In this document: positions 44,790-54,658 of the stretch, piece after piece
Position numbering within the stretch: position 1 is the first letter of the stretch
Layout: the number at the start of each line of letters is the position of its first letter
Assembly (NCBI GenBank): GCA_041661345.1
Contig: JBAZUO010000007.1
Location: 1 to 64,000 of the forward strand
Length of the DNA: 64,000 nucleotides
Origin: Candidatus Omnitrophota bacterium
GTDB taxonomy: Bacteria; Omnitrophota; Gorgyraeia; 2-01-FULL-45-10
Reading direction: 5' to 3'
Translations under genes and position numbers: made by a program
Notes under the pieces: generated by a model
The model's input: the letters and a program-made list of their open reading frames with translations, nothing else
Told to the model about the DNA's origin: nothing
The model's database searches: none

Positions 44790-46238
44790 ATGGCGGAGTC
44801 TTTAGAAGAGAACGATTTTATAAAGCAGAGAAAACTGAAGCTGGATAATATAATAAAATCCGGCATATATCCCTACGGCGGAAAATTCGAAACGACCTCC
44901 TCTATAAAAGTGTTGAAGGATGATTTTACCGAGGGTAAGAGCGTGGTGCTTGCAGGCCGGGTGATGGCTGCCAGAGTTCACGGGAAGAGTTCCTTCTACG
45001 ATATCAAAGATTCCACTGCGAAAATTCAGGCCTATTTTAAAGAGGATATAGTGGGTACGGAAAATGCTAAGTTATTGGGTAACGTCGACATCGGCGATTT
45101 TATCGGTATAAAGGGTGAAACATTCAAAACGAGGACGGGTGAGCCGACCGTAATAGTTAAAGACCTGAAGATGCTGGCAAAAGGCCTAAGGCCGCTTCCT
45201 GAAAAATGGCACGGTTTAAAAGACGTCGAGACGAGGTACCGTCAACGATATGTAGACTTGATAGTGAATGACGAAGTTAAAGAAGTATTCGTAAAGCGTT
45301 CGAAGATAGTGACCGAGATACGTAAATTCCTCGACGAAAAGAACTTCATAGAGGTCGAAACGCCGATGATGCAGTCGATCCCCGGCGGCGCCGCGGGCAA
45401 GCCTTTCAAAACGCACCACGAGGCGCTCGGCATAGACCTGTACTTAAGGATAGCGCCGGAGCTTTTCCTTAAAAGGTTGCTGGTCGGCGGGCTTGACAGG
45501 GTCTACGAGATCAACAGGAATTTCAGGAACGAAGGTATCTCCATAAGGCATAACCCCGAGTTTACGATGCTGGAGGTCTACGAGGCCTACTCGGACTGCG
45601 GCGGTATGATGAAATTGACGGAAGATCTTATCACGAATCTTGCCGATAAAGTTCTTGGTAAAAGGCTCCTGGAATATCAGGGCAGGACGATAGACCTTTC
45701 GAAATGGGAGCGCGTATCTTTCGCTGAGCTTATGAAAGAGCAGTTTGGCATAATACCCGGAGATAAACAGGAAGATTGGGTGAAGAAATTGAGCAAGAAG
45801 GGCATCGAGATAGACGGTAAAAACGTGTCGAGGACCCAGCTTATAAACATAGTCGGTGAGCTTGTCGAGCCAAAGGCGGGCAACCATCCGGTCTTTGTCG
45901 TAGATATGTTCAAGGAGATGTGCCCATTGGCCAAGACGAAGGCCGAGGATCCAAATCTCACCGATAGATTTGAGCTTTATATGGGCGGGATGGAGATCGC
46001 CAACGCCTATTCTGAGTTGAACGATCCAATAGAACAAAAGACGAGATTCGAGGAAGAGCTAAAGCACGCTAAAGCCGAAAACAAAAATATCGATGAAGAC
46101 TTTGTTACCGCGCTCGAATACGGCATGCCGCCGGCCGGCGGGCTTGGCATAGGCATAGACAGGCTCGTTATGATATTGACAAATTCCGCATCCATCAGAG
46201 ATGTAATATTGTTCCCCCAACTGAAGCCGCAGTCATAA
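44790..46238 (+). CDS. lysS: Lysine--tRNA ligase (class II)
   Basis: 482 aa with an OB anticodon-binding N-domain and class II motifs (FIEVETPMMQ, NRNFRNEG, GGLGIGIDRLVM). Confidence 0.96.
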   Translation: MAESLEENDFIKQRKLKLDNIIKSGIYPYGGKFETTSSIKVLKDDFTEGKSVVLAGRVMAARVHGKSSFYDIKDSTAKIQAYFKEDIVGTENAKLLGNVDIGDFIGIKGETFKTRTGEPTVIVKDLKMLAKGLRPLPEKWHGLKDVETRYRQRYVDLIVNDEVKEVFVKRSKIVTEIRKFLDEKNFIEVETPMMQSIPGGAAGKPFKTHHEALGIDLYLRIAPELFLKRLLVGGLDRVYEINRNFRNEGISIRHNPEFTMLEVYEAYSDCGGMMKLTEDLITNLADKVLGKRLLEYQGRTIDLSKWERVSFAELMKEQFGIIPGDKQEDWVKKLSKKGIEIDGKNVSRTQLINIVGELVEPKAGNHPVFVVDMFKEMCPLAKTKAEDPNLTDRFELYMGGMEIANAYSELNDPIEQKTRFEEELKHAKAENKNIDEDFVTALEYGMPPAGGLGIGIDRLVMILTNSASIRDVILFPQLKPQS

Positions 46239-46257
46239 ATAATATCATAAAGGATAT

Positions 46258-47454
46258 ATGGACTGGCGATTATTTGTATCTTTAAGATATCTTACCGCAA
46301 GACGCAAGGAAAGATTTATCTCTATCGTAAGCCTCATCTCGATACTCGGTGTCGCGGTGGGCGTTGCGGCGCTTATTATAGTTATATCGGTGATGAGCGG
46401 TTTCGACGACGACCTTAAAGAGAAGATAATCGGAACGTATTCCCATATCGAAGTGACCTCTGATTACGGCATTAAACCCTCAGAAGAATTTACAAACAAA
46501 ATTTTGTCCAGGAAACATACCGTTGCTATGGCGTATTTCCTGAACGGCCAGGCATTGGTGCAGAAGGATGAAAAGGTGACGGGCGTTGTAGTGAAAGGGG
46601 TGACGCCGAAAGACGAGGTAAGCGTAAATAAGCTCGGCGAGTATTTAAGAAAAGGCAATCTTGAAGGTTTAACGGACGGCGGCGTGGTGATAGGCAGCGA
46701 GCTTGCGAAAAAACTTGCTGTTGGCGTCGGAGATACCGTTTCGATCATGGTGCCTTCCCGGAGCGCGGCGCGCAAGGCCGGGAAAGATTTTACGGTTTGC
46801 GGGATATTCACATCCGGGATGTATGAATACGATTCGAACCTTGTTTACGTCAGCCTTCCGAAAGCGCAGGAACTATTATCGATCGGCGATCTTGCTACAG
46901 GCGTCTCTGTCAAGGTGGACGACGCCTTTAATGTCGACGATGTTAAAAGATCGCTGCAGGCCGAACTCGGTTTTCCCAATACGGTGCGGACGTGGGTGGA
47001 TCTGAACAGGAATTTACTGGAAGCTATAAAACTGGAAAAGACGGTGATGTTCATAATACTCACCCTGATAGTCATGGTCGCGTGTTTTAATATCGCCAGC
47101 GCCCTTATCATGACAGTCCTGGAGAAGACGAAAGAGATAGGAATATTGAAATCGGTAGGCGCCGCCAATTCCGACATAATGGCAATATTCGCGATGCAGG
47201 GCAGTATCATAGGCATTGTGGGGACTTTATTGGGCAGCGTATTGGGTACCGCATCCTGTCTGTGCCTCAAGAGATATAAATTCATAAATTTGCCCAGCGA
47301 GATATATTACATAGATAAGCTGCCGGTCAAAATGGAACCGCAGGATATAGCGATAATAGTGGTTTCAAGCATATTGATAAGCCTGATCGCGGCGGTCTAT
47401 CCGGCGTATAAGGCGTCAAGGCTTGATCCTGTCGAGGCGTTGAGATATGAGTGA
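46258..47454 (+). CDS. Lipoprotein-releasing ABC transporter permease (LolC/LolE family)
   Basis: 398 aa with a MacB-like periplasmic domain between TM1 and TM2 and a FtsX-type C-terminal TM bundle. It is followed by lolD. Confidence 0.85.
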   Translation: MDWRLFVSLRYLTARRKERFISIVSLISILGVAVGVAALIIVISVMSGFDDDLKEKIIGTYSHIEVTSDYGIKPSEEFTNKILSRKHTVAMAYFLNGQALVQKDEKVTGVVVKGVTPKDEVSVNKLGEYLRKGNLEGLTDGGVVIGSELAKKLAVGVGDTVSIMVPSRSAARKAGKDFTVCGIFTSGMYEYDSNLVYVSLPKAQELLSIGDLATGVSVKVDDAFNVDDVKRSLQAELGFPNTVRTWVDLNRNLLEAIKLEKTVMFIILTLIVMVACFNIASALIMTVLEKTKEIGILKSVGAANSDIMAIFAMQGSIIGIVGTLLGSVLGTASCLCLKRYKFINLPSEIYYIDKLPVKMEPQDIAIIVVSSILISLIAAVYPAYKASRLDPVEALRYE

Positions 47455-48121
47455 TAAGACGGATTTAACCATATCCGCGGAAAATTTACATAAGGCTTAT
47501 AGAAGCGGCGTTAAGAATGTGTATGCCGTAAACGGTATAAGCATTGGAATAAGGCGGGCCGAGACGACGGCGATAATCGGCCCTTCAGGCGCCGGCAAGT
47601 CAACCGTGCTGCATCTTTTAGGGGGGCTCGACAAACCTGCTTCGGGCAGGGTGTTAATTGACGGGGTGGACATTTACAAGCTTTCCGACAGGCGTCGGGC
47701 TATTATAAGAAATAGTAAAATAGGATTCGTCTTCCAATTTTATTATCTGTTACCCGAATTTACCGCCCTGGAGAACGTGATGATGCCGGGGTTGATCAAA
47801 GGGCAATATTTAAAAGAAAGAGCCATAGATTTGTTAAAATCGGTGGGATTGAAAGACAGGATAAGCCACAAGCCCCGAGAGCTTTCCGGAGGCGAGTCAC
47901 AAAGAGTCGCGATAGCCCGCGCGCTAATAAACGAGCCCAAGATATTGCTTTGCGACGAGCCAACAGGCAACCTCGACTCGAAGAACAGCGAATCTATATA
48001 CGATCTATTGTTTCAGGTCAAGGCCAAATCGGGCACGGCATTGGTTATCGTTACCCACGATGACACCATCTCCAAAAAGTCCGACCGCATAATTCACATA
48101 AAAGACGGTAAAGTGGTATAA
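47447..48121 (+). CDS. lolD: Lipoprotein-releasing system ATP-binding protein LolD
   Basis: 224 aa with Walker A GPSGAGKST, signature LSGGESQRVAIARAL and Walker B ILLCDEPTGNLD. Confidence 0.88.
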   Translation: MSDKTDLTISAENLHKAYRSGVKNVYAVNGISIGIRRAETTAIIGPSGAGKSTVLHLLGGLDKPASGRVLIDGVDIYKLSDRRRAIIRNSKIGFVFQFYYLLPEFTALENVMMPGLIKGQYLKERAIDLLKSVGLKDRISHKPRELSGGESQRVAIARALINEPKILLCDEPTGNLDSKNSESIYDLLFQVKAKSGTALVIVTHDDTISKKSDRIIHIKDGKVV

Positions 48122-48131
48122 CAAAATCGCC

Positions 48132-49715
48132 ATGAGCAGATTAAAAAATATATGTTTCAGCGCTATAGTCATAATACTTTTCTTTGCTTTGTTGGAAGGG
48201 ATAACCAGGCTCTTCGTATTCCCGGGCTCGAGCGACTATATCGAACGGCGCATTATTGAGAATGGGTTGAAGCAAAAAAAGACTGCCGGAGAATTCCGCA
48301 TACTATTATATGGCGAATCCACGATGCACGGAAGCCATATGTTTCCGCATTCCACTATCGATAAATGGATAAAACTCTACCTGGCGGATCTTTTGCCTAA
48401 GGACGTATCGAATCGTGTTACGGCGACGAACCTGGGCAGGATGGGAGCGAACAGCCGGTTTATAAGCAAGGCATTTATCGAAACGATTCCGTACAAACCC
48501 GATCTGGCCATCTTCTACATGGCGCATAATGATTTTTGCATTGCCGAGAACAGGTGCTATATTCCAAGGCCGTTCATGAAAAAGTTTTATAGTATTACGG
48601 CGGAGTTTCCGAAGCACAGTTCTTTATTGAATTTTTTGAACAGGTTTGCGATACGGTCAAAAATAATGAGGGGCCGTAAAAAGGATGTCAGGCTGAAAGA
48701 TGTTAACAGTTGGTATGTCGAAGGGAACAACCTGCCCGATATCACCGAAGCGTACTACATGTATCGCCCCTCGCCGCAGTTTGATAGAGTGAAGAGTGTC
48801 TTCGAAAACAATGTGAAGAACGTGATTGATGTTGCTCGCAGGCGATCCATACCCGTTATATTTTTTGAAAGAATAGCCAGGTGGAAGGGGTACGAACCGA
48901 TCAGGCCGGTGCATGATCCTGCGATCACAAAAGACAGCCTGTCCCTTTATAACAAGCTCTTTGCCGAAGCGGAAGAAGAATTTACCAAAAAGAGATTTGC
49001 CGAAGCCCTGGCCTTATATGATAGATGCGCTGGAATCGATCCTCTTTACGCCCTGGCGTATCACAGGATGGCGGAATGCCGCGAAGGCCTCGGTGAATTC
49101 GGCAAGGCCAATGAATTATATTCTTTTGCCAATGACCTTGACCGTTTTCCGATCCGCGCTCCGTCGGATGTAAACAGGTTTTATGAGAGCCTGCGCGCGC
49201 AAAATCTGAATAAGACCTACATAATCCAAACCCAGGAATTATTCGAAAGCAACTCTTCCAACGGGATCGTGGGCGACGAGCTTATAGGCGATCAGATACA
49301 TCCCACAGTAGATGGACAGGCGCTGATGGCGCTGGAGATCGTAAAGATCATATATAATAAAGATCTACTGGTCCCGAAAGCCGAGTGGCGGTGGGACCGC
49401 TTAAGGGATGTTAAAGAGATGAAGAAGAGCTTAAATCTCGACAGAGACGCCGAATTCGAGATACAGCTCGGGCTTGCGGGCTATGTCGGCCGTCATTATG
49501 TAAAGGCTCGCGAGTACCTGGAGAAGGCCCTGGCTATAAAGCCGGACTCCGTCTTTGTTAAGAGTTGGCTTGCCTGGGCATGTTGGAAGAGCGGTGAAAA
49601 GAAAAAGGCGATCGAGCTGTACAGGCAGCTGTATCGGAAAGTTCCGTCACTTGCCTCCGAAAACCTGAAAAAATACCCAGACATAGAAGCCGAACTGGCT
49701 AAGCCGGCGCAATAA
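48132..49715 (+). CDS. Membrane-anchored SGNH/GDSL-like hydrolase with TPR repeats
   Basis: 527 aa with an N-terminal TM helix and an SGNH block I-like ILLYGESTM. A block V-like DQIHPT is also present, along with TPR-like segments (FAEALALYDRCAGIDPLYALAYHRMAEC; YVKAREYLEKALAIKPDS). Confidence 0.5.
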   Translation: MSRLKNICFSAIVIILFFALLEGITRLFVFPGSSDYIERRIIENGLKQKKTAGEFRILLYGESTMHGSHMFPHSTIDKWIKLYLADLLPKDVSNRVTATNLGRMGANSRFISKAFIETIPYKPDLAIFYMAHNDFCIAENRCYIPRPFMKKFYSITAEFPKHSSLLNFLNRFAIRSKIMRGRKKDVRLKDVNSWYVEGNNLPDITEAYYMYRPSPQFDRVKSVFENNVKNVIDVARRRSIPVIFFERIARWKGYEPIRPVHDPAITKDSLSLYNKLFAEAEEEFTKKRFAEALALYDRCAGIDPLYALAYHRMAECREGLGEFGKANELYSFANDLDRFPIRAPSDVNRFYESLRAQNLNKTYIIQTQELFESNSSNGIVGDELIGDQIHPTVDGQALMALEIVKIIYNKDLLVPKAEWRWDRLRDVKEMKKSLNLDRDAEFEIQLGLAGYVGRHYVKAREYLEKALAIKPDSVFVKSWLAWACWKSGEKKKAIELYRQLYRKVPSLASENLKKYPDIEAELAKPAQ

Positions 49716-49743
49716 TACCCGATCCTAAAATTCATCTATCTAT

Positions 49744-49772
49744 TTGACACAATATTACTCATGGTATATACT
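49744..49772 (+). promoter_or_regulatory. Sigma-70-like promoter (TTGACA-17-TATACT) only 9 nt from ilvE ATG
   Basis: Hexamers lie at 49744-49749 and 49767-49772, and the ATG is at 49782 with no SD. Confidence 0.45.
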
Positions 49773-49781
49773 TATTAAAAT

Positions 49782-50648
49782 ATGAAGATATATCTTAATG
49801 GACGACTGGTGGGTGAAGAAAAGGCCAGGATCTCGGTATTTGACCATGGCCTTTTATACGGGGATGGTGTCTTTGAAGGCATCCGCAGCTACGATGGCCT
49901 TGTATTCAGACTGAAGGAACACATCGATAGGCTCTATAAGTCTGCCGATGCGATAGAGCTCAAGATCCCTATGACGAAACTGGATGCCATAGATGCGACA
50001 ATAAAGACCCTGAAGGCAAATAAGCTGAAAGATGCGTATGTAAGATTTGTTGTGACGAGGGGTGTCGGTGACTTAGGGCTTGATCCGAGAAAATGCAGTA
50101 CTCCGACCATCTTCATCATTGCTAATAAGATAAAACTATATCCGGAGAAGTACTACAAGTATGGCCTTGAGATAGTCACGGCAACTACCAGGCGTAATTA
50201 TCCGCAGGCGCTTGATCCCAGGATCAAATCGCTAAATTACCTTAACAATATCCTTGCGAAACTCGATGCTATCAAATCCGGCACAGAGGAGGCCATCATG
50301 CTTACGCATGACGGCAACGTTGCCGAATGCACCGGCGATAACATCTTTATCGTGAAGGGCTGTGAGTTGATGACGTCGCCTTCGGATATCGGTGCGCTCG
50401 AAGGAATCACGAGAGATGCCGTTATCGGCCTTGCGAAAAAAATGGATATTACATTTCACGAGAAAATTTTGCGGATGGAGGATGTCTATTCCGCTGACGA
50501 GGTCTTTTTGACAGGGACGGCAGCCGAGATAGTTCCCGTCATCAAAGTCGATGACCGCAAGATCGGCAATGGCAAGCCCGGAAAAGTTATGCTGCGCCTT
50601 ATGCAGGAATTTAAAAAGCTGACCAAGATCGACGGGGTTAGGTACTGA
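49782..50648 (+). CDS. ilvE: Branched-chain amino acid aminotransferase (class IV PLP enzyme)
   Basis: 288 aa with VFDHGLLYGDGVFEGIRSY...HIDRLYKSA and a class IV fold pattern. A D-amino-acid aminotransferase cannot be excluded from sequence alone. Confidence 0.8.
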   Translation: MKIYLNGRLVGEEKARISVFDHGLLYGDGVFEGIRSYDGLVFRLKEHIDRLYKSADAIELKIPMTKLDAIDATIKTLKANKLKDAYVRFVVTRGVGDLGLDPRKCSTPTIFIIANKIKLYPEKYYKYGLEIVTATTRRNYPQALDPRIKSLNYLNNILAKLDAIKSGTEEAIMLTHDGNVAECTGDNIFIVKGCELMTSPSDIGALEGITRDAVIGLAKKMDITFHEKILRMEDVYSADEVFLTGTAAEIVPVIKVDDRKIGNGKPGKVMLRLMQEFKKLTKIDGVRY

Positions 50649-50649
50649 T

Positions 50650-51159
50650 ATGTTATGCGATATATGCGGAAAAAATGAAGCGACGGTCCACCTTACCGAG
50701 ATAGTGAATGAAAAGGTCACCAAGCTTCATCTCTGCGAGAATTGCGCGAAGGAGAAGGGTTCCGAAATGGAGGAGCATTTTGGCCTAAGCGATCTACTGG
50801 CGGGCCTCGCGGACTTGGGCAACATGGAACCGGAGATAGGCGATAAGATAAAATGCCCCGAATGCGGTTTCACTTATTATGATTTCAAAAAGATCGGGCG
50901 TCTCGGTTGCGGCGGATGCTATGAGGCCTTCAAGAAACAGCTTGCGCCGCTTCTGAAAAGGATCCACGGTGCTGACCGGAACATCGGCAAGGTTCCGATC
51001 ACGATAGGCAAGACAGTTAAAGACGTCAAGACCATCCAGGAACTTAAGGTCCGGATGGAAAAGGCAATACAGTTCGAGGAATTCGAGGAAGCCGCGCGCC
51101 TTCGGGACCAGATAAGACAAATGGAGAAAAAGGCTATTAACGGCACCACTAAGTTATGA
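50650..51159 (+). CDS. mcsA: UvrB/UvrC-motif protein McsA (activator of protein arginine kinase)
   Basis: 169 aa with N-terminal CxxC zinc-binding pairs (CDICG...CENC, CPECG...CGGC) and a C-terminal UVR motif (FEEAARLRDQIRQME). It is followed by mcsB. Confidence 0.8.
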   Translation: MLCDICGKNEATVHLTEIVNEKVTKLHLCENCAKEKGSEMEEHFGLSDLLAGLADLGNMEPEIGDKIKCPECGFTYYDFKKIGRLGCGGCYEAFKKQLAPLLKRIHGADRNIGKVPITIGKTVKDVKTIQELKVRMEKAIQFEEFEEAARLRDQIRQMEKKAINGTTKL

Positions 51160-52202
51160 TGATAAATGATTTTTTAAAACAGGATACGGAATGGCTTAAA
51201 GGCACAGGGCCGAGTTCTAACATAGTGATGTCTTCGAGGACGCGGCTTGCGAGAAATATTGACAAGATGCCCTTTTCAAACTGGGCGAACAAAAAACAGC
51301 TGGACGACGCGCTCAATATCATAAAGGACGCGGTCCTAAATTCCAGTTTTCTTAAGAATGCCATTTTCGTCAGGCTAAGAGATTTAAGTGAAGTCGACAG
51401 GCTTTTTCTCGTAGAGCGCCATCTTATGAGTCCCGAGCATGCCAAAGACGTTGAGTATAAGGCGCTCGTTGTGGATCCCAAGGAGATGATAAGCATAATG
51501 GTCAACGAAGAGGACCATCTGCGGATCCAGGTGATACAATCGGGCCTGAATCTTCGTGAGTGCTGGCGCATCATTGATGAGATAGATACAGATCTAAGCA
51601 AAAGAATAGCTTATGCCTATTCCGCCAGATGGGGATACCTTACAGCGTGCCCGACCAATACGGGAACGGGATTGCGCGGTTCCGCGATGCTTCATTTGCC
51701 GGCGCTTGTATTTACCGGGCAGGTCGGAAAGATCTTGCAGGCGATAGCGAAGCTGGGGCTCAATATAAGGGGGCTGTACGGCGAGGGCACCGAAGCAATG
51801 GGGAACGTATTCCAGATCTCGAACCAGATTTCGATGGGCATGAGCGAGGAAGACGTCATAGACAATATCGACCGCATGACGAATCAGATAATATCGCGTG
51901 AGGATGCGGCGCGAAATAACATAACCGCGAAAAATAAGGACGCGCTGGTCGACCGCATCTCAAGGGCTTATGGAACGCTTAAGAGCGCGCATATAATTAC
52001 GAGCAATGAGACCGTCACGCTTTTGTCCGCGATACGGCTTGGTGTGGATATGGGTATAGTAAAAAATATGGACAGGCGCATGGTGAATGAGCTCTTCATA
52101 TTGACACAGCCTGCGCATCTTCAGAAACTGGAAGGCAAGGCATTAAATTCGAATGAACGCGATATCAAACGAGCGGATCTTATTCGAGAGAAACTAAAAT
52201 AG
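51156..52202 (+). CDS. mcsB: Protein arginine kinase McsB
   Basis: 348 aa with phosphagen-kinase-like core motifs (NEEDHLRIQ, CPTNTGTGLRGS, GEGTEA). Confidence 0.88.
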   Translation: MMINDFLKQDTEWLKGTGPSSNIVMSSRTRLARNIDKMPFSNWANKKQLDDALNIIKDAVLNSSFLKNAIFVRLRDLSEVDRLFLVERHLMSPEHAKDVEYKALVVDPKEMISIMVNEEDHLRIQVIQSGLNLRECWRIIDEIDTDLSKRIAYAYSARWGYLTACPTNTGTGLRGSAMLHLPALVFTGQVGKILQAIAKLGLNIRGLYGEGTEAMGNVFQISNQISMGMSEEDVIDNIDRMTNQIISREDAARNNITAKNKDALVDRISRAYGTLKSAHIITSNETVTLLSAIRLGVDMGIVKNMDRRMVNELFILTQPAHLQKLEGKALNSNERDIKRADLIREKLK

Positions 52203-52220
52203 ACTTAAGGAGAGTTACAG

Positions 52221-54652
52221 ATGCCGATGTTTAACAGATTTACGGAAAGAGCGAGGAAGGTGATTCTTCTCGCGAAGGAAGAGGCAAAGAGGTTCAATCA
52301 TGACTATATCGGTACGGAGCATATACTGCTGGGCCTTGTGCGCGAAGGCGAGGGCGTAGCGGCGGCCGTATTGGCCAGTTTCGGTTTAAGCCCCGACAAG
52401 ATAAGGCTTGAGGTCGAAAAGCTGGTACAGCCTGGGCCTGCCACTGTGGTCTCGGGTGATCTTCCTTTCACTCCAAAAGCGAAGAAGGTAATTGAGCTCG
52501 CGATGACGAGGCCAGGAGCCTCGGCCATAACTATATAGGTACCGAGCATCTTCTCCTGGGGCTCATTAAAGAGGGTGAAGGTGTTGCGTCACAGGTCCTG
52601 ATGAACCTTGGGCTTGAGCTCGATAAGGTCAGGGAAGAGGTGATGAATCTTTTGGGGTCGGAGATTCCCGGATATGAGATGGGGCAAAAAGTAACTCAGG
52701 CAAAGACACCGGCACTGGACGCATTCGGAAGAAATCTCACAAAATTAGCTAAGGACAATAAACTCGATCCGGTCATAGGAAGAAAAAACGAGATGGAGCG
52801 TGTGATACAGATATTGTCCAGAAGAACAAAAAATAATCCGGTTCTCCTGGGTGAGGCAGGCGTTGGAAAGACCGCCATAGTTGAGGGATTGGCCCAGAAG
52901 ATCATTGCCGGAGATGTCCCGGAAACTTTAAGAGATAAGCGGCTTATCATACTGGATCTTGCGCTGATGGTCGCCGGCACTAAATACAGGGGGCAGTTTG
53001 AGGAAAGAATAAAGGCTGTCATGGATGAGATCAAGCGTTCCGAGGACGTCATAGTATTCATAGACGAGCTACATACGCTTATAGGAGCGGGCGGGGCCGA
53101 GGGCGCGATAGACGCATCGAATATATTGAAACCGGCCCTTTCGAGGGGCGAGATACAGTGCATAGGTGCAACAACGCTGGATGAATACCGCAAGCATATA
53201 GAAAAAGACGCAGCGCTTGAGAGACGTTTCCAGACTATAATGGTCGAGCCGCCGAGCGTTGATGAGACGGTAGAGATATTGAAGGGTTTGCGCGACAGGT
53301 ATGAGGCTCACCACAGGGTGAAGTTCACCGATGATGCGCTAGCTGCCGCGGCGAAGCTTTCCGACCGGTATATAAGCGGACGGTATCTTCCGGATAAGGC
53401 CATAGATCTGATAGACGAGGCTGGTTCGCGCGCGAGGCTTTCGGTTATGACCGCGCCGCCGGATGTGAAAAATATAGAAGACAGGCTTGCCGTTGTGAAA
53501 CAGGAAAAGGAGCAGGCTGTTAAGAACCAGGACTTCGAGAAGGCCGCGAAGTTCAGGGACGAGGAAAGAAAGATAAAGGAAGAGCTGAGTAAGATAAAGA
53601 AGGAATGGAAAGACTCCAAGGGTAAATTCGAGCCTAAGGTCACCGATGACGACATCGCAGTGATAGTCTCCAAGTGGACGGGTATACCGATATTGAGGCT
53701 CGAAGAGAAAGAGCAAGACAAGTTCCTGAAGATGGAAGATGCGCTGCACAAGCGCGTCATAGGCCAGGACGAGGCGATAAGCGCTATTGCGCACGCGGTG
53801 AGGCGGTCGCGCGCAGGTATTAAGGATCCGCGCCGGCCGATAGGATCATTCGTGTTCCTCGGGCCTACCGGTGTGGGCAAGACGCTCGTGGGCAGAGCGT
53901 TAGCCGAGTTCATGTTCGGCGATGAGGACGCCATCATACAGATAGACATGTCGGAGTACATGGAGAAGTTCAATGTCTCGAGGTTGGTCGGTGCGCCTCC
54001 CGGATATGTGGGGTACGAAGAAGGCGGCCAGCTTACCGAAAGGGTGAGACGACGCCCTTACTCAGTGGTGTTGCTGGATGAGATCGAGAAGGCGCACCCC
54101 GATGTCTTTAATATTCTTCTGCAGATGCTGGAAGAAGGGCGGCTTACCGATTCGTTCGGAAGAAAAGTTGATTTCAAGAACACCATTATCATAATGACTT
54201 CCAATATCGGCGCCGAGATGCTTAAAAAACAGGGTTCGATAGGATTCAAATCTCAGACCGAGGAAGTCACTTATCAATCGATGAAGGAAAGGCTGCTCGA
54301 TGAGGTGAAGAAGGTGTTTAAACCTGAATTCCTGAACAGGGTCGATGATATAATAGTCTTCAGATCACTGACCAAGGAAGATCTGGAGCGGATAGTCGGG
54401 CTTGAAATAAAAGATGTTGAATCGAGGCTGAAAGAGCAGAATATAAAGATAGAGCTGGATAAGTCGGCGATCGATTTCCTGGTGGAGAAAGGTTTCGATA
54501 AGAACTTCGGCGCCCGTCCGCTCAAGCGTACGATCCAGAGATTTCTTGAGGACCCGTTGGCCGAAGACATCATCAAGGGCTCTTTCGGCAAAAAAGGCGG
54601 CAAGGTCAAGGCGAAGGCGGCAGTGGACCATCTGGAATTTAAAACGGTATAA
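52221..54652 (+). pseudogene. clpC: ATP-dependent Clp protease ATP-binding subunit ClpC, interrupted by a 1-nt deletion (frameshift) near 52505
   Basis: ORF 52221-52538 encodes the first Clp_N repeat up to ...AKKVIELAM, then goes out of frame. The -1 frame from 52505 reads [32 protein letters not shown] and continues into ORF 52601-54652, which has two AAA+ modules and a UVR linker. Restoring ATGGAC at 52503-52507 (observed ATGAC) gives one protein of about 811 aa. Confidence 0.9.
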
Positions 54653-54658
54653 AACAAT

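Noticed and set aside
50600-50700. A search for a CtsR operator (tandem GGTCAAA repeats) upstream of mcsA, and around the ilvE promoter.
   Set aside because: No such heptad repeat is present. mcsA starts 2 nt after the ilvE stop.
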